The notes under the pieces are model-generated. The model was not told the DNA's origin, made no database searches, and worked only from the letters and a program-made list of their open reading frames with translations. From NCBI GenBank assembly GCA_002069945.1, contig MWCH01000004.1, positions 4,959-68,958 on the forward strand: DNA of 64,000 bases. Direction: 5' to 3'. Source of the stretch: Microgenomates group bacterium ADurb.Bin219 (lineage in GTDB: Bacteria > Patescibacteriota > Microgenomatia > UM-FILTER-40-11). Positions 38,754 through 48,271 of the stretch are shown one piece after another; within the stretch, counting starts at the first letter, position 1, and every line of letters begins with the position of its first letter. Both the position numbers and the translations under genes were made by a program.

Positions 38754-40058
38754 TTATACCTTTTGCGTCAGTTTTTGGCTTGAGTCGTTTCTCAAGAAAT
38801 TCAAAAAAAATATTAAAAATAATAAAAGTAACAATGCCGAAAATATTCTTGTGAAAATAAGATCATTAGACTCAATAACCGACCTTAGCAAGGGCCAATC
38901 GGGATAATACCAAAGATGATATAAATTAAGCCAATGTAAAAGACTTACCAAATTATAAAATAAGAAAGGAAGTCCGGAAAGAGCAACTAAAACCGCCATA
39001 TACGGAAAAGCAGGGTATAAATAGCGCTCATGCATATTGGTCATGAATAAGAATGAGGCAAAAGAAATAAGAACAAAACTTGCCATAATACTATTAATCG
39101 AAAATTTTGTTTTAATTAACTTGATTAAAATTGTTAGATAGAAAAAAGCAAAAAAAAGATACCCCCAATTTCGATAGCTTAAACCAATAAACCATCCCTC
39201 GTCTGTCCGAGAGAAATCAATTCCAAAAATTAATCCCCAAAAATTAAAAGCATTAGCAGTTAACATGTTTCCTTGTCCTCCTAAAATTCTAGTCCTGTAC
39301 AGATCAATCAACCATTTAATTGGACTTTTATAGCTAAACGGTAAGCTTAAGATAACAAAAAGTAAAAAAACAGAAATAAGGCTTAGGATAGCTTTTGGTT
39401 GAGTTCTAAATTTCTTCCAAAGAACAACTAACATCAAAGGAATAAAGATTAGTAAAGAAACCTTAAAATAAAAAGAAAATAATATCCAAAAAACTCCCCA
39501 AAAAACATTTTTTTTAATCAATAATAAATAAACCCCTAATAAAAAAAGAAAGTTGATTAGGCTATCGGTTTGCCCCCAAATGCTGGAATTATAAATTACA
39601 ACCGGATTAAAAAGAAATAGGCTGGCAGCTAAAAGCGGCTTTCCCCATATTTTTTTCTTTTTAAACTTTAAGTTACCAATGAAAAGATAAATTAAATATC
39701 CAATTCCCAGATCTGTTAAAATTGACGGAAGCTTAACCAAAGCCGGAGGCAAATTCTTTTGTACAAAAGGGATTATGTTTGAGGGAAAAAACTGAACCGC
39801 CAAATTAATCTTCCAAAAAGTATCCTGCAACCAGAAGTTTATTTTACTCATAATTGCCCAAAGGTACATTGTTCCCGGTGGTTGATTTGGCCAAGATACG
39901 CCCCAAAAAGTAGCACCGTAAAACCTTTTTGGCCCGTATTCCCAAAATTTTTTTCCCCAATCAAGATGATTGCCTAAGTCTGGATGATAAGCTCCAAAAG
40001 AAAAATAAATTCTTATAATAAATGACAATATTAAGATCAATAATATTTTTTTATTCAT
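38754..40058 (-). CDS. GT-C fold membrane glycosyltransferase, DUF2029/GT87-like subfamily (copy A)
   Basis: 434 aa polytopic; HPDLGNHLDW N-terminal loop and the LFLFNPVVIYNSSIWGQTDSLINFLFLLGVY block (NP...GQ.D signature), shared with 53056-54384, 44267-45469 and the pseudogene at 47198-48263. Confidence 0.5.
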   Translation of the reverse strand: MNKKILLILILSFIIRIYFSFGAYHPDLGNHLDWGKKFWEYGPKRFYGATFWGVSWPNQPPGTMYLWAIMSKINFWLQDTFWKINLAVQFFPSNIIPFVQKNLPPALVKLPSILTDLGIGYLIYLFIGNLKFKKKKIWGKPLLAASLFLFNPVVIYNSSIWGQTDSLINFLFLLGVYLLLIKKNVFWGVFWILFSFYFKVSLLIFIPLMLVVLWKKFRTQPKAILSLISVFLLFVILSLPFSYKSPIKWLIDLYRTRILGGQGNMLTANAFNFWGLIFGIDFSRTDEGWFIGLSYRNWGYLFFAFFYLTILIKLIKTKFSINSIMASFVLISFASFLFMTNMHERYLYPAFPYMAVLVALSGLPFLFYNLVSLLHWLNLYHLWYYPDWPLLRSVIESNDLIFTRIFSALLLLLFLIFFLNFLRNDSSQKLTQKV

Positions 40059-41545
40059 CTGAAAATTTTTAAAAGATTTATTTTCTCCGGCAGTGGACAG
40101 GAGGTATTATTGCAAAGAATATTAAAACGATTTACGACTACCCAGATATTAAAAATAAAGGAAAATAATAGACAAACAACAATCATCGCTTTAGTCAATT
40201 TAATTAATCGTTCATCTTTAAAAATCATCAGCAAGATTGAAGGCAGAAGAAAGATAAATAAAACCGGCCGGAAAACTTTTGACTGAACTAAATAATTTAG
40301 TTTCCAAAAAGGGTTCTCTAAAAGATCAATATTAGCAAGGCTTAAAGGGACAAAGATAGCTATTTGAAAAAATGAAGGATTGTTAATAATTTCCTTTATC
40401 AAAAGGGCAAGAGAAATTGCCATAAAAGGATAAATCGGATAGCGATACCAAGTCAATTGATCATGCTTTCCTCCCGAAATTACTGCTATTAGTAAAGTAA
40501 AAATAAAAGAAAAAACAACTATTTCCTCCCCTTCGGATCTATTTTTTTTAAAAGCCAAGCTCCATAATGATAAAAACCCAAGAACAATCATTCCGTCTAA
40601 AAATATCTCGACGCTGAACCCGGGATTTGTCAGTATATAGGCCAGAGAACTCCAGCCAGCCGGTCTTGAAGACTGATATAAAAATACTTTTAAAAATAAA
40701 GACCAGTCCCATAAATGTCCATAGGCAAAGAAAGACGCCAAAAATATTAAACTACCACAAATTAGACTGATAATCCCCTCTTGCCATCTTTTCCGCCAAA
40801 TCAGCAAAAAGAAAAGAAAGAAAACCAATAAATATCCGGTAGGCTTCGCTAATCCGGCAATAGAAGCTAAAAAAATTGATAGAATTAAATACCTTATTTT
40901 CCACCGTTCAAAATATTTAAGATATAGCCATAAGATAAGAAGAGAAAGCATGGCAATCAAATTTTCCGGAACCGCCAGGCGGGAACCGAAAACTACCGTC
41001 GGTATTGTTGCGTAAATTAAGAGTGATATAACTCCCAATCCATACCCAAAAAGTTTTTTAGCCACCAGGAAAGTGAGAATCATTGTCACTAAGGAAAAAA
41101 ACAATGAAGGAAGTCTAATTACGAGAGGAGAAATTACCGTAAAGTTCGGCTGTTTGTAAAGTTTGGCTATCCCTCCGACAATCAAACTGAATAATGGCGG
41201 CTCATCTAGCCAAGGCTTGATTAACCTGACACCAATACCGCCGCCGCTTGGTCCCGGATTGGGGGCTACTCCACGCCAATAAACATTATTTTCGCCGTAG
41301 ACCGGAATATCGTTCCAGGAAATCGGTACTCCTTCCTCAATCAAAGAAAGACCCGACCAAACAAAAAGATATTCCTCTGCGTGGCCGGTGAAAGGGTAAT
41401 ACTGATATTTCCACAATCTCAGAAAAAATCCGATCGAAAGAACAATAACAAAAACGCCTGTCTTTGCCCATCGATTTAATAGCAAACTACGCCAAGCACA
41501 AACAAAAGACAACTTTTTTTTAAAAAAAATATATTTGTTTTTCAT
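40055..41545 (-). CDS. GT-C fold glycosyltransferase, ArnT/GT83-like
   Basis: 496 aa polytopic; LIKPWLDEPPLFSLIVGGIAKL (DEPP loop) and SPLVIRLPSLFFSLVT (RLPS motif). Confidence 0.6.
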   Translation of the reverse strand: MKNKYIFFKKKLSFVCAWRSLLLNRWAKTGVFVIVLSIGFFLRLWKYQYYPFTGHAEEYLFVWSGLSLIEEGVPISWNDIPVYGENNVYWRGVAPNPGPSGGGIGVRLIKPWLDEPPLFSLIVGGIAKLYKQPNFTVISPLVIRLPSLFFSLVTMILTFLVAKKLFGYGLGVISLLIYATIPTVVFGSRLAVPENLIAMLSLLILWLYLKYFERWKIRYLILSIFLASIAGLAKPTGYLLVFFLFFLLIWRKRWQEGIISLICGSLIFLASFFAYGHLWDWSLFLKVFLYQSSRPAGWSSLAYILTNPGFSVEIFLDGMIVLGFLSLWSLAFKKNRSEGEEIVVFSFIFTLLIAVISGGKHDQLTWYRYPIYPFMAISLALLIKEIINNPSFFQIAIFVPLSLANIDLLENPFWKLNYLVQSKVFRPVLFIFLLPSILLMIFKDERLIKLTKAMIVVCLLFSFIFNIWVVVNRFNILCNNTSCPLPEKINLLKIFR

Positions 41546-41567
41546 TAACGGTACTTGTTTTGATTAA

Positions 41568-43328
41568 TTAGAGTTCCTCATTACTTAAACTTCTCAAAAG
41601 ATAAAAAACAGGTTCGTGTGAATTAAGATAAACCTTATCAATAACCTTTAACCCAAAAGGTTCACTCTTTTCCAAATCACCTCCGAAGTCGTTCCTTCCT
41701 GCAAGAACAAGAATCTTCTCGCTATTCCCCTTTGCTCTCGCCCCTAAAAGAATCGATTTTAAGTAAGAGTCGGTTAGACCGGTCCCGATTTGTCCAAAAT
41801 AAAATTTATTTAACCTTTTCCCGTCAAACCATTCATTACTGATATCCTGAAGTTCTCTGGGATTAAACTTTTCCGGATTGTATTTCGTCCAGAATAAAAA
41901 GAAAATTAATGGCGGTTCGTAAGAGTTGCTAATGATCACCTTATCGTAACCGGATTCATTCTTGGCCACCAAATTAATTGCCTCCTTAAAACCAACTTGC
42001 CAAAATTTTTCTGCATCAATTGGAAAATGGTAAAAATAAATATGTAGGTAATAAACAAAATTCAGACAAACAAGAGTTAAAACAAAACCGGCCGAAATTA
42101 CTTTTAATTTTATGCTTTTGAACCAATCCATCACTTCAAAAAAACCCAGACTGATGAAAAAAGTTAAGGGAATTATGCATAAAAAAAGACGGGTCGCGTG
42201 AGTTCCGCCGTCAAAAGTAATCGAGGAAGGCAAGGGGGCAATGATAAAGTAGGTCAGCAATAAAAGCGCCTCCTTAGGTTGAATTATTTTCTTTTCCTTA
42301 TTTTTGATGATTAGGTAAGATTTAACAACGCCCAAAATCAGCAATGGAGCCGTAACTACTAAGAGATTGCCCATTCTCCCGACACCTTGTCTTAAATTCG
42401 GATCGCCTGAAATAAAAAGAAAGTTCGAAGAGTATCCGGAGAAATAATTAGCAATAATCTCCCAAAACCAAAAGAGAGGTTTGTTATGAAAAAGGTATGA
42501 GATAGCTGCCGGACTCATCCCGACTTTCTGAACCCGATCATGAGTACTGTCAATTAACCTTTGCCTGTCTATCTCATATTTTAAATTAGAATCATAAAAA
42601 ATATTGATGTAGGAAAAACGAAACATACTTCTCCCGGCTAAAGAATCTCTGATAAAAGGAAAAACCATTAACAAAACAAAAACTCCGCTTAAGGCAAATT
42701 TTCTCCAACCAAAATTTAGTATCTCTTTTCGGTATATTAAAAAGGAAAAAAAACCAAGAAGGGGAACAAACATTCTGGCCGTAGCGTATGCATAAAACGT
42801 TAAAGAAAAACATAATAAAGACAATATATAATCTAGATATGACTTTTTTCTTGTAGAAAGCAAAAATAGCCAGAGACCCAAAGTTAGGAGGAAGAAAAAA
42901 AGTGAAACTTCAAAACCTGCCCGACTATAAAAAAAATGCCAGGGTAAGATAGTTAAAAAGAGAGTTGCAATAATTGAAAAGTAGTCATTTTTGCTGATTT
43001 CTTTTGCCAAAAGAAAAAAAGAGAATAACCCCAATATTCCAAAAATTACCGCCGGCAATCTTACCCCCCATTCATTCATTCCAAATAACTTAACTGTGAA
43101 AGCCGCTGAATAAATATATAATGAAGCCCTAAAATCGGCAAACGAATGAAAGGAAACCGGAAATTTACCGCCGAAATAATCTCTCCCTGTCTTTAGAAAT
43201 GAATACGCCTGATAACCAAGATCGGCTTCGTCAAAAAAAAGTGAAGGTGGAATCCTGTCAACCTTGTAAGCCCTTAAAAGAAACCCCAAAATAAATACTA
43301 AACAAAAAATAATTTTTTTCATCTTCAT
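41568..43328 (-). CDS. GT-C fold glycosyltransferase, ArnT/PMT-like (tandem-family paralog 7)
   Basis: PSLFFDEADLGYQAYSFLKTGRDYFG, GMNEWGVRLPAVIFG; C-terminal NSYEPPLIFFLFWTKYNPEKFNP. Confidence 0.7.
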   Translation of the reverse strand: MKMKKIIFCLVFILGFLLRAYKVDRIPPSLFFDEADLGYQAYSFLKTGRDYFGGKFPVSFHSFADFRASLYIYSAAFTVKLFGMNEWGVRLPAVIFGILGLFSFFLLAKEISKNDYFSIIATLFLTILPWHFFYSRAGFEVSLFFFLLTLGLWLFLLSTRKKSYLDYILSLLCFSLTFYAYATARMFVPLLGFFSFLIYRKEILNFGWRKFALSGVFVLLMVFPFIRDSLAGRSMFRFSYINIFYDSNLKYEIDRQRLIDSTHDRVQKVGMSPAAISYLFHNKPLFWFWEIIANYFSGYSSNFLFISGDPNLRQGVGRMGNLLVVTAPLLILGVVKSYLIIKNKEKKIIQPKEALLLLTYFIIAPLPSSITFDGGTHATRLFLCIIPLTFFISLGFFEVMDWFKSIKLKVISAGFVLTLVCLNFVYYLHIYFYHFPIDAEKFWQVGFKEAINLVAKNESGYDKVIISNSYEPPLIFFLFWTKYNPEKFNPRELQDISNEWFDGKRLNKFYFGQIGTGLTDSYLKSILLGARAKGNSEKILVLAGRNDFGGDLEKSEPFGLKVIDKVYLNSHEPVFYLLRSLSNEEL

Positions 43329-44155
43329 TTTTTCATCTTTAATCTCTGCCCAATCAAAGTAATAAAAAAAATTAAGTAATGTCTCAGCCTCCCATAATAT
43401 ATTTTACTTGAAGGAATAAGCCGTTTCCATTGGTCATCCTTCTCGGCTAAATTTCTCCCGCTTGCACCATGCTCGTGAATGACCTGAGCCTGAGGAAAAT
43501 AGAATATTTTAAATCCGGCTTTCCGCGCCCGGCGGCAATAATCCAAATCCTCAAAATACATAAAATACCTTTCGTCCAAAAGCCCAATTTTATCAACTAC
43601 TTCCCTGGAAATTGCCATCGCTCCTCCGCTGACCGCCTCCACCACCATTGGCATTCCCGAATTTGGAGTAAATTTGGAAAAGCTGCCTTTTCTTCCTAAC
43701 CAAAATTCCTCAACCGCTCTTTTTGCAGTGGGTAAGTTAAAAACCGAACCCTGAACCGAACCATCTGGATTAAGCATTTTTAAACCGATGATTGCCGGTC
43801 TAACTTTCTTTTCAAACTCCAGTAGTTTTTCTAAAGCCCCCGGTTTAACTTGAGTATCCGAATTAAGCAATAACACTACTCCGCCCTCGAACTGCCGAAG
43901 TCCCTGATTAACCGCTTTCGCAAACCCCAAGTTCTCCTTATTTTCAATCAAAGACAATTTTATTTTACTGTCTTTATTCTTTGACTTTATGAACTTTATA
44001 AACTTCCTAACCTCCTCCGCCGAGCCTTCATCTGAAGCATTATCTACAACAACTATCTCTTTCCTAATTTTTTGAGATTCCTCAGTAATGGAAGATAAAC
44101 ACTTTTTAAGCTGTTTTTTGGTATTAAAACTAACAATAACAATTGTTAAATCCAT
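43325..44155 (-). CDS. GT2 family glycosyltransferase
   Basis: LTIVIVSFNTKKQLKKCLSSI...IVVVDNASDEGS, LLLNSDT (DxD-like), EDLDYCRRARKAGFKI (rhamnosyltransferase-type GT2 C-terminal region). Confidence 0.7.
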   Translation of the reverse strand: MDLTIVIVSFNTKKQLKKCLSSITEESQKIRKEIVVVDNASDEGSAEEVRKFIKFIKSKNKDSKIKLSLIENKENLGFAKAVNQGLRQFEGGVVLLLNSDTQVKPGALEKLLEFEKKVRPAIIGLKMLNPDGSVQGSVFNLPTAKRAVEEFWLGRKGSFSKFTPNSGMPMVVEAVSGGAMAISREVVDKIGLLDERYFMYFEDLDYCRRARKAGFKIFYFPQAQVIHEHGASGRNLAEKDDQWKRLIPSSKIYYGRLRHYLIFFITLIGQRLKMKK

Positions 44156-44230
44156 TGTTGCTTCTCAGAAGTTAATTATTAAATATCTTTTTTTATCGAT
44201 GCGCCTTTTTAAAATAAATTCCTGGAAAAA

Positions 44231-44245
44231 ATCTAGAAATTCTAG
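44231..44245. promoter_or_regulatory. palindrome TCTAGAA-A-TTCTAGC (6-bp arms) in the 111-bp intergenic gap upstream of GT2 gene 43325-44155
   Basis: CTAGAAATTCTAG is the reverse complement of itself around a central A/T; operator-like. Coordinates are approximate. Confidence 0.2.
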
Positions 44246-44266
44246 CTAAATTTGTTTCCGAAATAA

Positions 44267-45469
44267 TCACCAGCCCAAAAAGAAAAAATAAAATATTTTT
44301 TTGGGCAAACCAAAAAGTCTCCCCCCCCAATAACCTAATTTAATAAAAGAAAAATAATTTACTGCTAGGATAAAACCAATTAAATATATTACTACCAAAG
44401 TTCTTCCTTTCAGTTCTAAAAATGGTAAAAAAAGAAATACCCAGGAATAATACCAGCTCTGAACCAATCTTATGCGCTGAATGGACAACAGCAGAGGCAC
44501 AACTAAGGCCAACATTTTTAAGAATAACTTTCTTTTATCTTTGCTTAGGAAAAGTAATGGAAGAGCGATAACCGAAAAATATTTTACTAAAACAGAGGCC
44601 GCAAAAGCAAAAAAAGCTTTTACCGGATGGCGACCTTGCAGAAAATAAATAAAAATAACAAACAAAAAAATCATCAAAAGATCATTGTGGGCATTCATTA
44701 ATAGTTCTAATACCAAAAAAGGGTTAAAGAACCAAAGACTGAAAGTATTTTTGTCTTTGGTAATTTTAAAAATCAAACTCCCTGTCAAATAAAATACAAC
44801 TGCATTCATTAGCTTTAGGCCAAAAAAATTTAGCAAGAATCTTCCTCCGGAAAATAAAATTACCGGAATAAGCGAGTAAGAAAGGGCGACTGGACCATAG
44901 GTATAAGTAAACTCAATATTACGCATGAAACCCAACCAAAGATCTGAAGACATAAATTTTTCCGGTGGTATTTTATAAGGATTGGCGTGATAAGCCATAA
45001 TCATCTTTGCCGAAAAAATATAGGTAAAAAAATCAGCAAACAAAAAAGGATAAGAAAAAGAAAAAGCTAATGTCGTTAATACCGCGATTACAAAAAGTGA
45101 TTTTATTGACAATCTTTTAACCAATCTAGAGAAGAGAGTTGCAAGTTGAAGAATAAAAAGTGCAAAAATTAAAAAAATATAAATTTCGGCAAGCATTCCC
45201 CTATTGGCGCTACAAAAGTCAATCAACCACTTAAGCTCCATTAAGAAAGGGCGTGTTTGGGCTAACATCAACAAAAGAGCGTAGTCAAGCCAAAAATAGG
45301 AATAAAGACAAAAAACAATTGATAAAAGTACCAAGAGGCTTTTATAAAGCAAAGCTGCCCCTTTTCCTAAAATAAGACTAAAGACAATTTTTCTTTTATC
45401 ATCTTTATCTTCCTTGCGAATAGTCCTTAAGAAAGATTCAGTTTTAGATAGGTTCAGTTTTCTATTCAT
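44267..45469 (-). CDS. GT-C fold membrane glycosyltransferase, DUF2029/GT87-like subfamily (copy B, divergent)
   Basis: 400 aa polytopic; WFFNPFLVLELLMNAHNDLLMIFLFVIFIYFL block analogous to the NP...GQ.D.L block of 38754-40058. Confidence 0.4.
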   Translation of the reverse strand: MNRKLNLSKTESFLRTIRKEDKDDKRKIVFSLILGKGAALLYKSLLVLLSIVFCLYSYFWLDYALLLMLAQTRPFLMELKWLIDFCSANRGMLAEIYIFLIFALFILQLATLFSRLVKRLSIKSLFVIAVLTTLAFSFSYPFLFADFFTYIFSAKMIMAYHANPYKIPPEKFMSSDLWLGFMRNIEFTYTYGPVALSYSLIPVILFSGGRFLLNFFGLKLMNAVVFYLTGSLIFKITKDKNTFSLWFFNPFLVLELLMNAHNDLLMIFLFVIFIYFLQGRHPVKAFFAFAASVLVKYFSVIALPLLFLSKDKRKLFLKMLALVVPLLLSIQRIRLVQSWYYSWVFLFLPFLELKGRTLVVIYLIGFILAVNYFSFIKLGYWGGRLFGLPKKIFYFFFLGW

Positions 45470-47010
45470 TTCTCTCCAACTATAAAAAAGGTTTTTTGCC
45501 CTGATTGAAGACTGGGAATTTCGGCCAAATTGGCTACCTGACCGCTTCCACCGATGGAGGTTAAAACTAATCCGTTTTCAGGAAAAGGTTCTTTTTCCCT
45601 CACCCAAAACTCTGGCTTCTCATGGGTAAAGTATACCTCTTTAAAAAACTGCATCTCGGATTTATACGACCGAAAATCATTATCCTCAATAAAAGCAGAC
45701 TTCCCCGTTTCTTTTGCAAGATCAGCCAAGATTTTAAAAGCTGAGTCAAAGTTTGGCGAAAAATCGCCGCTGATTCTTTTCGGGTAAGGATTGAAATACC
45801 AGCTGGCAAAGTCGTAGTAGGTAGCCAAAAGAGCTGCGCCAAAAAAAATCATAATGAAACCTCTCAAAATAATCGGCTTAATCTCGGAAAGTTTTTTAAC
45901 TCCCAAGGTAAAAATAATCGTTGCCAGGGGAATATAAACCATCAGCCGACTGGCCCGGTAAATTGACCCAACGGTCATTAATAAAAATGGCGTTAATGCC
46001 AAAGAAATCAAAACAAAATAATATTCAGGTCTTTTTTCTTTAACCATCTGAAAAAGACCTAAGAAAAATAAAAAAAATGTCGGAGCTAAAAATATTCCAT
46101 GCCTTGTAGTAGAGTGAGTCAACATTGAATCACCTTTTACAAATAGGAAAGAAAAATCAAAGGAAGAAAAGTAGATCAAAGCCGATTCATAAAAAGATGC
46201 AAATTTATTGGAAATAACCGCCGGATCATAAATCGCTCCTAAATAATGAATATTAAGCCATTTTAACGGTAGTACAAAAGGCATTATCCCAAGTAAAAAC
46301 AACATCATTGGCTTAAAAATATCCTTAAATTGCTTCAGATTTCCAGTTACTGCATTTTTTCTTTTTCTAAGAGTATAGGAGCGAAAAAACAAAAAAAGTA
46401 AAGAAAGACCAAGATAAACAGGAATCAAAGCCCTTGCCCCTTTATATGCATATATATCGATACCCAAAAAAATACCGGAAAGGAAAACTTTATAAATTTT
46501 AGGTCTTTGGCTGAAGGCAAAAAGAAAATACAACCAAAGAATAAAAAACGGTAAAATGGCGATGTTTTCAAGAACAAGATGGCTTTGAATTAAGATTGAA
46601 GGTGAGCTAAAAAAAAGAAGTAGTCCTGCTAAACTCAAAAGTTCGGAGAAAAACAAACGCAAAAGCCGCCAAAAAACCAAACCGCTTACCAAAGCAAAAA
46701 TTACACTTACTAATCGTAAATTAAAATACGATTTACCGAAAATTTTAAAAAGAAAGGCGGCAGCATAAACATTAACCGGCTGCTTCCAGTCTTTTCCGTC
46801 CAAAGTTAAAATAAAAACAGGAAGAAACCGACCCGTTTCGTCACGAAGATTATCCGAAATTAAACAAGCGTTATACCCAATTGACGCTTCGTCAAAATTA
46901 ATACCCGGAGGTATTCGGGTAAGTTGCCAACTCAGCCAGAAATAAAGACCAACAAAGAGGAAAAAATAAAAAGCTACTTTAAAAAAAGTTATTCGTCTAA
47001 GCTTTTTCAA
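45466..47010 (-). CDS. GT-C fold glycosyltransferase, ArnT/PMT-like (divergent paralog 8)
   Basis: GINFDEASIGYNACLISDNLRDETG (DE loop), 514 aa polytopic. Confidence 0.6.
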   Translation of the reverse strand: MKKLRRITFFKVAFYFFLFVGLYFWLSWQLTRIPPGINFDEASIGYNACLISDNLRDETGRFLPVFILTLDGKDWKQPVNVYAAAFLFKIFGKSYFNLRLVSVIFALVSGLVFWRLLRLFFSELLSLAGLLLFFSSPSILIQSHLVLENIAILPFFILWLYFLFAFSQRPKIYKVFLSGIFLGIDIYAYKGARALIPVYLGLSLLFLFFRSYTLRKRKNAVTGNLKQFKDIFKPMMLFLLGIMPFVLPLKWLNIHYLGAIYDPAVISNKFASFYESALIYFSSFDFSFLFVKGDSMLTHSTTRHGIFLAPTFFLFFLGLFQMVKEKRPEYYFVLISLALTPFLLMTVGSIYRASRLMVYIPLATIIFTLGVKKLSEIKPIILRGFIMIFFGAALLATYYDFASWYFNPYPKRISGDFSPNFDSAFKILADLAKETGKSAFIEDNDFRSYKSEMQFFKEVYFTHEKPEFWVREKEPFPENGLVLTSIGGSGQVANLAEIPSLQSGQKTFFIVGEK

Positions 47011-47128
47011 TTTTATTCTCCTTAAATAACTTTTTCAGATTAATTAGAAATATCACTAAGTTAACTAATATTATACCGCTAACGATCATCTTATTACTAA
47101 GCAAATCAATTAAAAATGAAATCCTGGG

Positions 47129-47150
47129 TCTTTACCAAAGATGGTAAAGA
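47129..47150. promoter_or_regulatory. 9-bp stem hairpin (TCTTTACCA-AAGA-TGGTAAAGA) downstream of the GT87-like pseudogene
   Basis: Perfect inverted repeat with a 4-nt loop, followed by TTT on the plus strand; it lies in the 47011-47197 non-coding stretch upstream (in transcription order) of the GT-C gene 45466-47010. Confidence 0.25.
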
Positions 47151-47197
47151 TTTAAAAAGTAAATAACCGAAGGAATAATAAAAATTTTAAGCCATGA

Positions 47198-48263
47198 TTA
47201 TCCCAATCCCGCCAATACTGCCAAAAAGATTAAAGCTACGAAAAAATATCGCTCATGCATTTTAGGTAAAAATAAAAAAGCGGAGGAAGAAAACAGATAG
47301 GCTGCCAAAATAATCTTCTGTTTACTGAGTTTTCGCCATATCCCAACAGCTACTATTAGAGAGAATACAAGACAAAAGTTAATCCCCCAGAAAGAAGCGC
47401 TAATTCAAAAAAAAGGCTGAGTGGACGGCCTTGGTTCAAAATCGTAAATTAATGCCCAAAAATTGAATGCATTAGCCACTAAATCTGTCAGTTCGCCCCG
47501 GAAATTACCCATATACGTCCCGATCGCTTCGCTAAAAGTCGCCAAAGGTAAAAATGGAAAATACAGAATCAACGCAATTATTGTGGACAAAAATAAACCA
47601 ACAACCAAATCGGTAATTTTCTTTTCCTTAAAACATAAAAGAAGAAAAGCTGGCGCGGCAAAAAGACTAATAGGTTTGATCAAGGCTGACAAACCTAAAC
47701 AGACAGTTCCCAATAAATAATAATTTTTAAAAGACAGAAAAAAGGCCAATAAAATGAAAAGACAATATAAGCTTTCATCTTGACCCCAAAAAGCGCTGTT
47801 GTACCAGGTAGAAGGCAACAATAAAAAGAAAGCTGTCGCGATTTTTGCCGGTTTATCTCTCCCACCAAGAAATTTAATTATTTTAAAAATGATCCAAGCA
47901 CAACCGATATCAGATAAACTGGCTAAAATTTTATTGAAAGCAATCCCTCCGCGCAATGATTGATACCAAAAAATTAAATTTGAGGGAAAAAAAGAAATCT
48001 TAAGATTTATAAACCTCAAAAGCCGGCCGATTAGTTCATAAAAACCCCTCCATATAAAAATAAGGTAATAAAAAAAGCGGCGGGTAATTTGCCCGTACGG
48101 CATCGGGAACCGATTTTCCTAAAAAAAACAAAAAATCATTCGTTTCCCAAAGATATTTTGCCCAATTAATAATACTAACGGCATCGCTGTGGTGATCTAA
48201 GGGGGCGACAATAGGACGAATAACAAATGACAAAAAGAAAATAAAAAAAACTATTCTTCCCAA
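47198..48263 (-). pseudogene. disrupted DUF2029/GT87-like GT-C paralog (one frameshift plus one in-frame TGA)
   Basis: Three collinear pieces are homologous to 38754-40058. (a) 48036-48263: ...HHSD...ANYPPLFLLPYFYM. (b) 47405-48103, in another frame: FFPSNLIFWYQSL..NSAFWGQDESLYCLFILLAFFL..LTDLVANAFNFWALIYDF. (c) After an in-frame TGA at 47405-47407, the same frame continues ISASFWGINFC...LPKMHERYFFVALIFLAVLAGLG* to about 47198, matching MTNMHERYLYPAFPYMAVLVALSG. Confidence 0.55.
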
Positions 48264-48271
48264 TCTTAGCT

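Noticed and set aside
47405-47407. In-frame TGA as evidence of an alternative genetic code (UGA=Gly, code 25)
   Set aside because: Only this one gene shows an in-frame TGA, and it also carries a frameshift. About 50 other genes in the window are intact under the standard code, and several appear to terminate with TGA (for example mtnP).
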